Position numbers and translations under genes: made by a program
Assembly: GCF_009914755.1 (NCBI RefSeq)
Contig: NC_060943.1
Origin: the human T2T-CHM13v2.0 reference genome, Homo sapiens
Strand: one strand, 5' to 3'
Length of the DNA: 64,000 nt
Notes under the pieces: generated by a model
What the model was told of the DNA's origin: nothing
Seen by the model: the letters and a program-made list of their open reading frames with translations, nothing else
The model's database searches: none
Shown: piece by piece, positions 45,398 through 60,091 of the stretch
How the letters are laid out: each line of letters begins with the position of its first letter
Position numbering within the stretch: the first letter of the stretch is position 1

Positions 45398-45798
45398 TGA
45401 TATGGTTTGGATCTGTGTCCCCATCCAAATCCCATGTTTAATTGTAATCCCCAATGTTGGAAGTGGGACCTGGTGGGAGGTGACTGGATCTTGGGGGTGG
45501 ATCCTTCGTGAATAGTTGAGCACCATCCCTTTGGTGCTGTTCCCGTGATAAGAGTTCTCACGAGATCCAGTTGTTTAGAAGTGTGTAGCCCCACCCCCCC
45601 TGCCTCTTTCTCCTGCTCCCACCATGTAAGACACCTCCTCCCACTTTGCCTTCTGCCATGAGTAAAAGTTTCCTGATGCCTCCCTGAAGCTGCTATGTTT
45701 CCTGTACAACCTGCAGAACCGTGGGCCAATTAAACTTTTCTTTAAAAATTACCAGTCTCAGGTATTTCTTTATAGCAGTGTGAGAACAGACTAATACA
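45398..45798 (+). mobile_element. MST-family solo LTR
   Basis: TGATATGGTTTGG...CTAATACA; TSD TACTC/CACTC. Confidence 0.88.
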
Positions 45799-46279
45799 CA
45801 CTCCCACCACAGCAGGTTGTAAGCTATTGAACTGATGTCACCTGGCATGGGGCTGAATGGCTTGGGTGAGCCAGCTCCAGCACACCACTGCTGCAGGGCC
45901 TTTGAGAACAAAGCCCTATTCTTTGCCTGGGAATTCTTAAACTTTGGGCAGATATCCCTGAAGAGTACAGGAGGGCTAATGCCTATTTCTATGGTTTGAG
46001 ATATATCCCAAAGCAGCTGCCCATAACAGAAAACTCTTTTGATTTCTTGTTTTGAAACACGTTCATTTGTGCATATTACTTCATAATAAATCTGGGTTTG
46101 TGTTAATGTAAAAATCATGTTTTAAATGATTTACCAGATAAGCAGATCAGTTGGCTTTCCCCTTCCAATTACTTAGGTAAAATGACTTGTTCCAGGAAGT
46201 TGTAATGCATTCATCCCGCAGTTTTCACAGGTGTGTGCACTCAGCCACGCACCCCAAATTTGAGAAGATGATTCTTGTC

Positions 46280-46584
46280 TGATATGGTCTGGCTGTGTCC
46301 CCACTCAAATCTCATCTTGAATTATAGCTCCCATAATTTCCACGTGTTGTGGGAGGGACCCGGTGGGAGATAACTGAATCATGGGGGCGGTTTCCCCCAT
46401 GCTGTTCTCATGGCAGTGAGTAAGTCTCATGTGATCTGATGGTTCTGTACAGGGACTCTCATTCTCCCTGTGGCCATGTAAGACGTGTCTTTCACCTTCC
46501 ATCACGATTGTGAGGCCTCCCCAGCCACGTAGAACTGTGAGTCTGGGTATGTCTTTATCAGCAGCACGAAAACAGACTCATACA
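46280..46584 (+). mobile_element. THE1-family solo LTR (internally deleted)
   Basis: TGATATGGTCTGGCTGTGTCCCCAC...CAGACTCATACA; perfect TSD TTGTC. Confidence 0.9.
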
Positions 46585-46848
46585 TTGTCCATAAAATAAT
46601 TTTCTTCAAGGAACTCGGCACTACTGGGGAAGAAAGAACAGCAGTTTGATATTAGGTAATCCTGGATTCAAAGCTTGCCTCTGCCAATTACTGGCTGTGA
46701 AAAAGTTACACAAAGCCTGTTTGCTCATCTATACAATGGGGTAAAGAAAACCTACCTCACCTCTGCTGTTAGGATATTTACATGTGATGTCTTCGGTAAC
46801 TGGAACATGGTCATTGCTTGCCTTCCTTTTCCTTTTCAACTCACAATA

Positions 46849-47322
46849 CAGTTGACCCTTGAGCCATGTTAGTTTGAATTGTGAGGGTCCACTTATATGC
46901 AGATTTTTTTCAATAGAAGTTACACTGAGTGTGCCTACCTCTCCGGCCTCCCCCTTCCGGCTCCTCCACCTCTTCCACCTCTGAGACAGTAAGACCAGCT
47001 CCTCCTCTTCCTCCTCAGCCTACTCAACTTGAAGGCCATGACGATGAAAACCACTCTACTTCATGAACAGTAAATATATTTTCCTTATGATTTTCTTAAT
47101 AACATTTTCTTCTCTCTAGCTTATTGTAAGAATAGAGTATGCAATACATGTAACACACAAAATATGTGTTAATAGACTGTGTAGGTTATTGCTTAGGTGT
47201 CAGTAAGGTGACCAGTAGACTATTAGTACTTAAGTCTTTGGGGAGTGAAAACTCTATGTGGATTTTCTACAGTACAGGGGGTTGGTACCACTAACCCCTG
47301 CACTGTTCAAGGGTCAACCACA
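46849..47322. mobile_element. Tigger2a/MER28-type MITE
   Basis: TA|CAGTTGACCCTTGA...TTCAAGGGTCAAC inverted termini. Confidence 0.8.
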
Positions 47323-47964
47323 TACCAAGCATCCAAGAGACCAACGAAGACTGAGACCCACTAAAAAGGCTGAGATTAGAATTCTTATCCAGTGCTGGAG
47401 GAGATAAATTGGTGTAAATTCAATGGAGGGCAATTTGGCAATGTCTTTAAGACCGAAGATACACGTTATTTACCCCTGTTGTACTCTTTAATCCAGCAAC
47501 CTTATTTCCTGTACATGTCTTCAGACATCTTTGCACATGTGCACAATGAGAGACACACAAAGGTATTCACAATGGCAGAGTTTATAGAAAGGGGCAGTAC
47601 ATTTCCTTGGGTAAGGGGTGGGCCTGCAGCAGGCTGTCTATGTTCAGTATTTAACTCTGCCGTCCGCTATCTGTGTGGACTTAGACACTCTATGTGTCCT
47701 CTCCCGGCCTGAGCTTCCTCATATGTAAGATGAGACAAAACACAGTAATGACTTCACAGGGTTGTGGTGAAGATCAAATGAGTCAAAATACGTAACACAT
47801 TTAGAGTGGTGCCAGGAAGCAGGGCCAATGCTAAGATTTTCATTATTACTACCACCATCAGGAGATTGGAAACAACCTAACAGCCCATCAATAGGAGAAT
47901 GGCTAAGTGAATATTACATGCATATAATGAGACACCACATATTAAAAGAAACAAAGTAGAACCA

Positions 47965-48185
47965 TAGTAGTGATTCCTAACTGGGGGTAATTTTGCCCCC
48001 TATGGGAAAACTGCAATGTCTGAGGCTATTTTTGGTTGTCACATCTGGGAGTAGGGGTGCCCCTGGCATCTAGTGAGTGGAGGCCAGGGATGCTGCTCAC
48101 CATCCTGCAATGCACAGGACAGCCCTCCAGAGCAGAGAAGGATCTGGTTCAAAACATCAACTGCGCCAAGGCTGAAAAACCTCCA
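47965..48185. mobile_element. MER20
   Basis: gggggtaattttgcccc...gaggccagggatgctgct...gccaaggctgaaaaacc. Confidence 0.75.
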
Positions 48186-49886
48186 AGATAAAATGGTATT
48201 ATAAGGGCAAAAACATAGAAAAGTCATTTAGAAAAAAACAAAATATAGTATACAAATACATGACTTTGAAAAGGCTCTGGAAAGATAAACAAAAAGTTTG
48301 TAGCAGTGACTGTCCCTGAAGAAAGGAACCAGGTTATATGTGTGAGTATGGAAAAATCCAAAACCCGCTTTGGCATTTTGTGTCATGAACGTATAATTAC
48401 ATCTTCAAAACAACAAATGAAATAAAAGAAGGCTGGATCGCACATACCACATCAAGGCAGGGCTGTAAACCTGGCTCGTCTTCCGAGTCCCTGATGATAG
48501 ATGAGAAAGGGCTTTGAAAGGCACAAAGCTATGTCCTCCTGAGGTGAGGACGGCTGGAACCTGGATGGGAACATGCTTCAAAGAGTTACTGAACCGTGGT
48601 TGTGCCTCCCTTCTGAGGCAAATAACTGAGGGGCCTTCCCCTCCTGCCCTGGCACCCCTTTGAGCCTTGGGGGCTGTGCTGGGTATTGAATTGGGGGAGG
48701 GTCCTGATATACTGAAAACCAGCCATTAAATGCACTGCCACAGCCTCATTGCCTCCTTTGGGCCAGTCAGCTTTTGCTGTACCAGCTGTCAAATATTCAA
48801 AAATCACTCCTGGCCTGAACCTGCCAGCCCCAGAGGCCAGGGACATACGTAGGCAATTTCTCCAAAGACGTCAGCACAGCTGTCACAGGAAGAACACAGG
48901 CTATGCATATGCATGTCTAGCCTGCCATTTCCCCACTTTGCCCGGGAACACATTAGGTTACCTCACTTGCAGGATGGGGCTAGGAATACCCCTACTGCAG
49001 GGAAGTGCAGCTGTGAGGACTGTTTTTGATAAGATAGCCAAGCAGAGGTCACTTGCATCCTCCCCCTGACTCCTCCAAATCAATTTATCTCATTCCCAGA
49101 GGCCCCAAAGGAGCCTGAGCTGCAGGCACTCAGAGCTGTAGCTCTTAACCCTGTGCGTACATTAGTCTCTTGGGAGCTTTCTAATAAATAGTCACAGCTG
49201 ATGGCAGTTCACTATGCCAGACCAATTAAATCAGAATCTCTGGGGATTGAGTCTGACCCGCCCTTTTTTTTCTTTTTTTAAATAAAGCATTCCAAGGTGA
49301 GAGTAACATTGAAGGCATCGTTTAGAATAACGTTCGAGTCTCAGAGTCTCAAGGACAGGGCTAGAGATCTGACCTCTTTCTGTTGAAGTCCAGACCTCAG
49401 TGAAGAGAAAAGTCTTTGGTTAAGATCAAAGTCAAACTCTTAGATTCCCCAATCAAGTGATACCAAAGGGTCACTGCTGGTGGTCCTTCCTGGCTCTGGA
49501 GTTGACCAAAATGCCCATGGGAGACCTGGATGTTGACTCCAAAAAGAACACCTGCCAAACACCCTGTAATCCCTTTACCCTGCTTTACTTTTCAAAGTAC
49601 CTATCAGCACCTATTATAGACTTTATTTTTGTCTCTCCTACTAAATGCAAGTTCCAGCTGAGTAAAAACCTTGCCTGTTTTGTTGAGAGACTAGCACAGT
49701 GCCCAATCCATGGTAGGCACTCACTGGCTGAATGAATGAATGCATCTCGGAGCTTACCCGGGCTGCAGGCCGTTTCTTCTCATCTCAGAACACTATCCTT
49801 TTATCATCTCTCCGTGCCCCGCCTTCCCCAGCTCCCTTACTCTTCTCCCTGTCATCATGCCTTCGGTCTGTCCATGCGCTTGCATC

Positions 49887-50122
49887 ACGGTCCTCTCAAT
49901 CAGAGTGATTTTGCCCCTGCAGGGGACATCTGACAGTGTCTGGAGACATTTTTTTTTCGCTTGTCACAACCCAGAGGGAGGCGCGGTGTGCTACTGGCCT
50001 GGTAAATAGAGCCCAGGGTTGCTGCACAACATCCTATAATACATAGAATAGCAGCCCCTCCCACCTCCCAACAAAAAACTATCTGGCCCCAAATGTCACA
50101 GTGCCAAGGCTGTGAAACACTG
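49887..50122. mobile_element. MER20
   Basis: gattttgcccctgcaggggacatctgacagtgtctggagacattttt...gtgccaaggctgtgaaacactg. Confidence 0.75.
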
Positions 50123-51219
50123 GTCTGGACAGAAACATTTCCAGACCCATGTGTTATATGGAAACATCCCTTAGTCCCTGACACTTCAAAGTTCTGTTCT
50201 TGACCCCATGGGCTCCCTAGGGACATCTCCATCAGGAAGATCCTTTGTTCCTGACCCCACCTCCTCTACCCTAATGCTGCCCTCCCAGGACCCTGCCTAC
50301 ACAATTCTGAACCTAAGCCCTGATCTAGACGTCCAAGTTATTTTACCTCTGGACCTGCAACCCTTACTCTGGGGCTCATCCTTTTGCATTTCTACCTATG
50401 GATTTTATTCTCCAGGTGTGGGACGCCTGCGGTTATTATGCTAATAATAAAACGATGATCATTGATGTGGCACTTCCTTGTGCCAAGTTCTACTTATGCT
50501 CACCATAAACCTGAGGTTGGTTCTGTTATTACTACTGTTTTACAAGTGAACCGAGGAGTGGTGGACTTAAGTAAGCTCTCTCAGTCACACAGCCAGCCAG
50601 TGGTGAAACCAGGAGTCAACACCAGACAGCGGGGCGCCACAGTCCATGCTCTTATTTTTCCAAGCTACCTTGGTAGGAAGGGGACACAACCATACTTAGC
50701 GTCAGTGGAGGGCTCTGTCCTCCACTCAAATGTACACATGCAGAAAACTGACGACGCAGGTGGTTGGCGGGGGCAGCGCACCACTGCTCAACTGGAGATG
50801 GTCAGATGCCCTGGTATGTGGACAAAGATAGCCCAGTCCGAAGCTCAGAGATGCAAAGTCCTCCAGTATTCACCACTACCTCTGCCTCTGTATAGGGTCA
50901 AAGAAAAACGACCACCAGCACCATAACCAACACCTAAACACGGTGATTAGTATGTGACAAGCTCTGTGCAGGGTGTTTCAGCTACGTCATCCCATTTAAT
51001 CTTCCCAATAACACCCAGGCAGGTGCTATTAATATGCTATTTTACCAAGGAGGAAAGTCATGCACAATTAAACAGTTCCACAGATTTCCAGGGCAGCCCA
51101 TCACATCTTAGAGCTGCTAAGAATTCTTCCCCTGTGGGCCTCCATTTCCATGGTTACAGTGAGATATACACCAGAAAGGCACAGTCACACACTCATAACC
51201 GCAAAGCCACTGACGCTAA

Positions 51220-52930
51220 GTGGCAGACAGACGCCCAGGCAAGTCACACAGTAACCCAAGGCTACAATAAACGCCCACATCAGCCTGACACTGACACACG
51301 CACACACTCCAGAAACACAAATCTTCACAGTCAGCGTCACACACCCACTCCCGGCTTCCCAATGGCTCCATTGTTTCCTTCGCGTGGGTCACGCAGCGAT
51401 ACACATCCGCGGTCCCGACATAGCTCCCTCACACACAGGCACACACGGCTCGCCTCACACGCGGCGCCAACTTCACACTTGGGCGCACAAGCCCCGAGAA
51501 CCACAGCAGCGAAGGGCGCAAACCCCACGCCGTGGCGGGCCGAGAACCCACGCAGGCGCGAGCCCACCGCCCACGCAAGCACCCGCGCAGACGCCCACGC
51601 CATCGTGGATGCGCAAACCCACGCGCGCCTTGGCAGGAACGTCCACGCAGTGGCGGGCGCGCCGCCCACGCCCTCAGACACACCCACACTCTCGCCAGCC
51701 CCCTTACCTCGGTCTTCCCGGGCTCAGACCCCGGCGGCGACCACCGAGACAGCCGAGCAGGGACTCAGCGCCTGCGCACTCCCCTCCGGGACCCCGGGAC
51801 CGCGCGCTGCACCCCCCTTCACACACGCACCACGCATGCGGGCGCGTGGCCCCGCCCCCAAACAAGGCCACGCGGCGTGCGCTCACCCGCCTCTCGGGGA
51901 CAGTACCACCAGCCCCGGCCTGAGGCCCCGACCCCTCAGCGCCACACGCACAAGCGCGTTCGCACGATTGGTGCAGGCGGACGCGCGAGGTCCCGCGCCT
52001 GCGCACACCCCCGAGGCTGGCACGCACACCGGTCTCCTAGGGGACTGGCGCCTGGCCCTGCTTTTCATCCTCTCAGGAGATCACGTGTGGACACTGAGGC
52101 CCTTCCTCGAGCTCTTTAACCAAACCCAACCTCCCCAATTCGCCGCCTTCCCCGCTCCCACAACCACACGTTCCCGTGTGAGGGCTTATTGCCTCCAGCC
52201 AGCCAGCGTCCTTCGCCCCCACATTCACGAGGTTTGGAGCCGGCCTCACCCGCGGAGGCGGACACCGCCCACCCGCGCGTGCGCACTACGCAGTCATCCT
52301 GCGACCTCCAGAATCCACCGGGGTGCAGCGAGGCTGTGGAAAGTCCCACCCAGAACGTGAGGTGAAGAAGGCTTGGGCTGCGCTGGTTCTGCTCTGTCCG
52401 GGTCGGAGATGAACTGACCCGGGAGAGCAGCGGAGGGATGTTTCTTTTGGCCAACAGTGGGGACTCACCTGCACGTTTTGCGAAGAGGCCCACAGTCCTT
52501 TGCGTGGCGCTCGGACTACATTTCCCAACGGCCCCTGCACGCCCTGGGGGCTGTTCCATGCGGTGTTGCGCCTGCGTAGCCGGCGGGCTGGCAGTGAGAC
52601 TGACTGCGTCGGGGTTGAGACTGGGTGGATGAGGCTCACCCCGGCGGGGAGAAGGGACGAGGAGGGGCGGACAGCGGAAGGTCCGGGAGTGTCCGCCATA
52701 AAGTCGTTTGAGGTGACCGTTGCGTAATTGTGAGTCTGTGAGAGAAGATGTGAAGTATGGCCTCGTCCCGGTCATCTGGGCGTGCGGGTCCCGGGTTTTG
52801 ATCGCGCGTTTGTGTAGGTGAGACCCACATTGTGTTACCCTGAACATGTGTGAGGACGAACCTTTGTGTTTTCTTATACGTGTGTCTCTGAGGCGATTTT
52901 TGTGGTTTTGTACGTGGCGGGGGGCACTGA
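51220..52930. promoter_or_regulatory. CpG island / bidirectional promoter of ZNF667 (-) and ZNF667-AS1 (+)
   Basis: Only CpG-dense stretch in the window. ACTACATTTCCCA (ZNF143/THAP11 type) at 52515-52527; NRF1-like GCGCCTGCG at ~51768, ~51995 and ~52568, CGCATGCG at 51833; E-box CACGTG at 52082; outward-facing splice donors on both strands. Confidence 0.9.
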
Positions 52931-53288
52931 TTTTGAATATGTGTGTATGTTCTGGACATTTGTTTAGCTTCTGCATCCACTTCTGCGGAAGGGCAGAGTT
53001 GAGTAGGTGGGAACAGGTACTGTGTGGCCCCACAAAGCCTGAACTATTTACTGTTGACTCTAGAGCCCAGTTTTTGCGGTGTGTACGTCTCTGTGGGGAA
53101 CCACACATTTTGAATATGTATACTTGTGTATATTTACGTCTATTCTATGACTGCTTTTGCACAATGGCAGGGTTCAGTACTTGCAGCAGAGATCTTGTGG
53201 CCCATAAAGCCTAAAATACTATCCGACTAAGGTTTCGAGCCGTAGCCAGTTTTTGTGGATGAGTGTTGTGTGTGTGTGGGAAGCCAGT

Positions 53289-53729
<441 letters not shown>

Positions 53730-54431
53730 CTAGGTAGTAGGGAGAATGTGTGAGGAACTAGTTTTGGTTTCCCATTTCTGTGATTAGGTAGTAGCAATAA
53801 TAAAAATAAAAGCTAACAGATACTACTATTAGGACTTTTACCATTACCTCTGTGACTAGCAGCTAGCACTTACTGATTGTTGTCCCTGGTCAAAAGTGAA
53901 TTTTTCCATTTAAGGTTTTCTTTAATCCTGTAAGCCGTTCTCTGAGTTGTTCCTTGGAGCAAGTTTCTTTCTAGACTGGAGATTGTTCTAAATACCTGGT
54001 AATACTAGAATAAGGGGTGTGGTCAAGAGATCCAAGAAATCTTAGGATAAATCTGTCACTTGGCAGTTTCTTTGTTTTCTTTAAACCACCTCCCAAGAAA
54101 GTATGTCATCCTTTCTGCTGTTTTAGGGGCATGTTAGTGCGAAAATCTGGGAAAAAGCTTTATGCCTCAGACTGTCCTAGTTCAGAGAAACCAGAGTGTG
54201 TGGGTCGGATGTCTTGGCTCCTGATCAGGCTCTGTTGTGCCCATTCTCCGAATAAAGCAACTATCTCCCAAGACACCCATGAGTTTTCTAAGACAGTTTG
54301 TCCCAGAGCCCAGGTCCAGAATCTAGTCCTGGTCTTGGATTTGGTCAGACCTTCCCTCACTCTCACCTCAGGACTCCCCACCACTTCCCCCCCTGCCCCA
54401 GGAACCCATGGGAATTACAGGCATAAATTAA

Positions 54432-54766
<335 letters not shown>

Positions 54767-54776
54767 CCAAGATTTA

Positions 54777-54808
<32 letters not shown>

Positions 54809-55102
54809 GTAGGGTAAAGACGCTAGAAAGTCTAGAGAGGAAGGAGGGATTATTTTACACAGGATGGTCAGGGGAGGCCACTTTGATAGGTGGCATTTAG
54901 CAGTGAGGCTTCCTGAACTCAGCATGACTGCTCCGCTTGGCTCAGATTCCAGCTCTGTCCACTGTAGTTGAGGAATTATCCCTAGACAGAGAATGGGGAG
55001 ATAAAGAGGCTCAGCTTGTTAACAGGTTCCCCTCTCACATGAATCTTTTGTCCACTGCCTCAAAACTGCCCCGATATAGTTTAATTTCGTAGTATGCTAT
55101 TG

Positions 55103-55612
55103 TGTCATGCTGCAACTCTTTCAGCTCCAAAAGGGATGGCACCAGGTTCAAGAGGCTGAAGAAGAGACTCAGATCCAGGAAATGAGGCATAGGTTATATG
55201 TGAGATGGAACTTACATACAGAGTGGTCCAGTGGTGGTAGGCTGAACAGGAGAACTGCCACCGCCTGCAGAAAGCATGGACTTTGTATAGCATTTTCACT
55301 TAATACTCTCCTCCTAACAGCATCCACATGGCAACCCTCATTTAACCCAAGACAAAGAGCCTCAGCCCCCATAGGGCCAGCGTTCCACAGGACAGGCCAG
55401 GGACTCATTTAACCCAAGACAAAGAGCCTTAATCCCCTATAGGGCCCACGTTCCACAGGACAGGCCAGGGACTCAGGCATTTATCATAGATAAAGATGAA
55501 TCTCCATGTTGGTCATATTTGGAACTCCGAACATGTATTCAGGTGCGTCTGCCATGCTGGGTCATTTTCAGAGTATGCTTAAGTTATTGCTATCAGTGTC
55601 TACCATACACAG
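55103..55612 (-). mobile_element. ERVL-type LTR (LTR47/LTR18-like) with internal 67-bp duplication
   Basis: gggatggcaccaggttcaagaggctgaagaagagac motif typical of these LTRs; family assignment tentative. Confidence 0.45.
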
Positions 55613-57779
55613 TTGGATCTACCATACATAGTTGCATCTGCCATATGCTATGATAGGAAGACTTGTCTAGTACAAGCTTCTGTATCATAGCCCATAGCAG
55701 AACTCATATTTGTGAGTATTGTTTGAAGGGATTAAGCAGAGAGAATTGAGTCAGGATATCACTGGGGAGGTATACAGTTTATTTGTGGGATTTCAAGGGC
55801 CTGAATTGTGACAACAGAATAAAGTTCTTGTGGGAGAAATATTTTCAGAGGATTTGAGAGCATGGTGTTGAAGAGTTAAGGAAACAGCATATATCTTTTC
55901 GTGCTAGATGCTTACATGCAAATGAATCTCCTTATGCTGTCACAAATGTATGCTTCTCTCTCCCTCCCTTTCACTTATCAGTCACATCCCACTAGTCCTG
56001 GAGCTTCTCCTACCCTGAGGTCAGGCATGAACCCTGGTGTGTAGTTTTGCTCAAATGCTTACGATCGATAACCCAGTTGTGCACCAGGTTTCTTTATATC
56101 TTGAAGTTATCTACTGAACACATGAAAAATAAATTCAGCAAATTATAGAAACTACGAGACACTGCTGTCTACCCTTTGACAAACATTTACTCAGTGTTGT
56201 GTGCTGGCTTATTTGCATTGTGTTTTGCAAAAGTCTTAAAATCACAGTCATATCTAGGTTTTTTTCAAGCAATTCTCCTGCCTCAGCCCCCTGAGTAGCT
56301 GGGATTACAGGCACCTGCCACCATGCCCGGCTAATTTTTGTATTTTTAGTAGAGACAGGGTTTCACCATGTTAGCCAGGTTGGTCTTGAAATCCTGGCCT
56401 CGATGGTATACACATTCCTATGGAAGGCAAGCATTATCTTGTGAGGTACATAGCTGATATGATGCTTCTGCATGGTCTTCAAAGAAGGGGGGCCTTATCT
56501 TTCAAGAAACTGAATGAAACTCTTCTTAAAGCAAAAATAAGGCTAAAGAGAATATGACTGTTTAAGATCTACAACTTCATCTGCTTATATGTCCCATCTC
56601 CGGTCCTAAAGCCAACTCTTTCCTCATCAAGGGTCCAACTTTGGCTTGGGAGACTTGTGTAGTTGAGAAATTGAGCCTGAGTCACCTCTTCCAATAAGTG
56701 CATATGCTCGGACTTGAGCTCTGCCTGCCCTCTGACTGCAAGAGATGACAGTTTCTTTAAATGCTCCTTTTGATATTCACGCTTTAGAATGCTGATTAAG
56801 GTATCTGAGATTGTTATTTTCTCTGCTCTTTGCATTAGTAGCACTTTTTAAAAGGCACCTATTCCACAGTCCTAATGGTTGCTATTTCTGCTGTACTAAT
56901 CAAAGGCTAGAGGTACTGCACATGGCAGGGCATTCTTCTGCACCTATATCCCATCACAGTATATAATCTTAGCAATTGTACTGTGAAAGCTGGCCAGGAG
57001 CTGTCTGTCCTTTTGATGTCCGTTTCCTTGATGCTTAGTGATATAGAGCATTTCTCATATACCTGCTTGCCATTTGTGTGTCTTATTTTGAGAAGTATCT
57101 ATTCAGGTTTTTTCCCATTTTAAAATCAGATTATTTAGTTTTTTGCTATCGAATTGAGTTCCTTACATATTCTGAATATTAATCCCTTGTTAGATGCATG
57201 GTTTGCAAATTACTCTTTCCCAATCTGTAGGTTGTCTCTTTACCTGCCCAAGGCTTATGGCTGCCAGTGAATTGATTTGAGGCTGCCTGCCAGTGAATTG
57301 ATTTAGGGCTGAGGCCATTTTAGTCAGCCAGCAGTGAAGTGGTCTGGGACATGGGACCCTCCTGTGTGGGTGGCAGATTCTCTTCTGGCCTGGGGTGGAT
57401 CTAAAATCTCTGTTCATGGCCACCATTCTGTACTCAGGGGCCTTGAGGTTCTGCCCAGTGCTGTGTTTTACTGTGGCAGGGCAAGTACTTGTACCATGCA
57501 CGTTTCCCTCTCCTTCCTTTAAGGCCTTCCGTGCTATGCTGCCTAGGGTTGGAAGAAGGGAGGTGAGGCCAGTGGGAGAGTATCCTTCTTACTGTCTTCA
57601 ATTGTCTTTCCTTGTTATGCTAAGACCAGGTACTGTGATCTTTCATCTAGTTTCCTTAGCTCTTGTGAATATATTTTCTTGCATGGATAGTTGTTGAAAT
57701 TTATTTTCCTGCCTGGGGGTTTGCTGAAGTGTTCCTTCCTGCCATCTTGCTCCACCTCTCTGTTCCTTGACCTTTTCTA

Positions 57780-59340
57780 GTGACCATGTCTTCTACCCCA
57801 TCAGCCACTCAACTAAAAGATTACCCCACCTGTGTTTCATTAATAATGTATGTATTTCCACCATCATTTCAATGTCACATATCTATATTTTAAGAAAATG
57901 TGCATTAGCAGCTACTCCATTTCCACAGTACTTCAACTCGAGAATTACAATTGAGTGATCTACCTTCATCTTACTATCCCTTTCCTCTCATGAGCTAATT
58001 TACTTCATAGCCCACATTGAGATGCTGAAATTAATTACTTTAGTCACTTTAATTACTTTAGTCACTTCTTTGCATTTTTTGCTAGAGAGAATTCATCTGA
58101 TAAACACTAATCCCAAGTAAACTCAACTTTAAACATGACAGGAGATGAAACCAGAAAACCTTGCTTACTTATCTCTCTTTAACCTTAATGTCCACTTACA
58201 CCAAGACTTGTTGCCTGAGAAAACATCATACCTTATATTTCTGCTTTACCTTCAGTAGCTTCTTCCAATCTTCTCTTTCATCCGATGACCTTGAGGCACA
58301 TTTAATGAGTAAACCAGGATGGGTCAGGAAGAAGTTCCACATTTCCCAACAGGACAATCATCCCCCTGCCCCCTCCCATTACTGTGGATGAGCTGTCCAT
58401 GTTCCTGCTGAAGGGCAACCACTCATCTGAGGCTCACTTTTCTCACTGCTTTGCTTACTTGCTCAGGGTGTAGCTCTAATAATTATGAGCATTGTCTGCT
58501 GTAATAATTATGAGCATTGTCTGCTCTAATAATTATGAGCATTGTCTTCCACATAATTTTCCTACTCTCTTAAATCATTCTAGAATAATAAAAATGTTCT
58601 GGAATTTCCCTTAATTTAAAAACACTGTTACTCTAAGTCATGCATACTCTTTAAACAACTCCCCCATTTCTCTGTTCCCCATTTCAGAAAAGATCCTAAA
58701 AAGAGTAGTCTTTGTTCTTTGTCTGTGGCTCCTTGATAACATTTTTCCTTGAACACACTGGGCCTCTAACGCCACCATTGAAATTGCTCTTATAAATGTC
58801 ACCAAAAGTTGTCCATGATGCTAAATTAAAGGATCAATTAGTCCTTCTTCTACCTAAATCTTTACCAAGATGTGAGGTTGCTGATGAACCCCCCATCCTT
58901 GAACCTCTTTTTATTTGGCCATTTGATGATTGACACCATCATTTTCCACGTGGATTACTTCAACAACTTGTTAACTCATTCTGTCACTTTTTTATAGTCA
59001 TGTATTCTTAACATATCAGGTAGATTAATTTTATAAAACCTTAAGTCAGATCATGTTCTGGTCTCCTTTAACTTCTCCAGCGACTTTCTACCTCACAAAG
59101 AATAGAATCCAGATTCCTCACAATGGCCTAGACAACTCTAATGAAACCCCACACTGTGATCTCTCAGATTCCACTTTAGTCCCACTGGCCTCCTGTGTTC
59201 TTCCTCAAACGTGGCTGGTTTGCTTCCACATCAAGGTTTTGTACATTGCTGTTCGTTTACCTGGAATGCTCTTCCCTTGGGGAGCCCAGCAAATAGGTCA
59301 ATATCATCCTCTCCTTGAGGTCTTCCCAACCACCCCATTG
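57780..59340 (+). mobile_element. L2 fragments
   Basis: accattgaaattgctcttataaatgtcacc..., aagtcagatcatgt, gctgttcgtttacctggaatgctcttccc L2 motifs. Confidence 0.55.
58473..58547. repeat. 25-bp tandem repeat x3
   Basis: GCT(C/G)TAATAATTATGAGCATTGTCT three times. Confidence 0.95.
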
Positions 59341-59681
59341 TAGACTGCAGGTTGAAAATGGAATCTTCCCACCCTGTGAAGTCAGCAACCTCATTCTTTC
59401 CAGTGCCCACTGTGTGGTGAGCATGTTTAGGCTTTATTACAGGGTCTCAGATGAAGGTTTGACCTGTAATAAGTCACATGTCTGCCCTCTGTTTTTCTCC
59501 ATAGGGGTTCTATTCAGCCTCTTTGGTGGGATAAACATTCCTTATTTTCAGTATATGTGAAGAAAGACTCACTCCACAGGGCTAGGGCCTAGATCAGCAC
59601 TGTGAGCAGAAGAAACTCTCTAAGAAGAAAACGTGAGAGTGCTCTACATGATGAACAATATCTAGAAAATGAGTGTGGCCA

Positions 59682-60091
<410 letters not shown>

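Noticed and set aside
50954-52360. 468-aa + strand ORF and overlapping ORFs (e.g. 52116..53108 -)
   Set aside because: GTG start, Ala/Pro/Arg/Thr/His-rich, no domain; long frames in several phases are expected from stop-codon scarcity in a CpG island.
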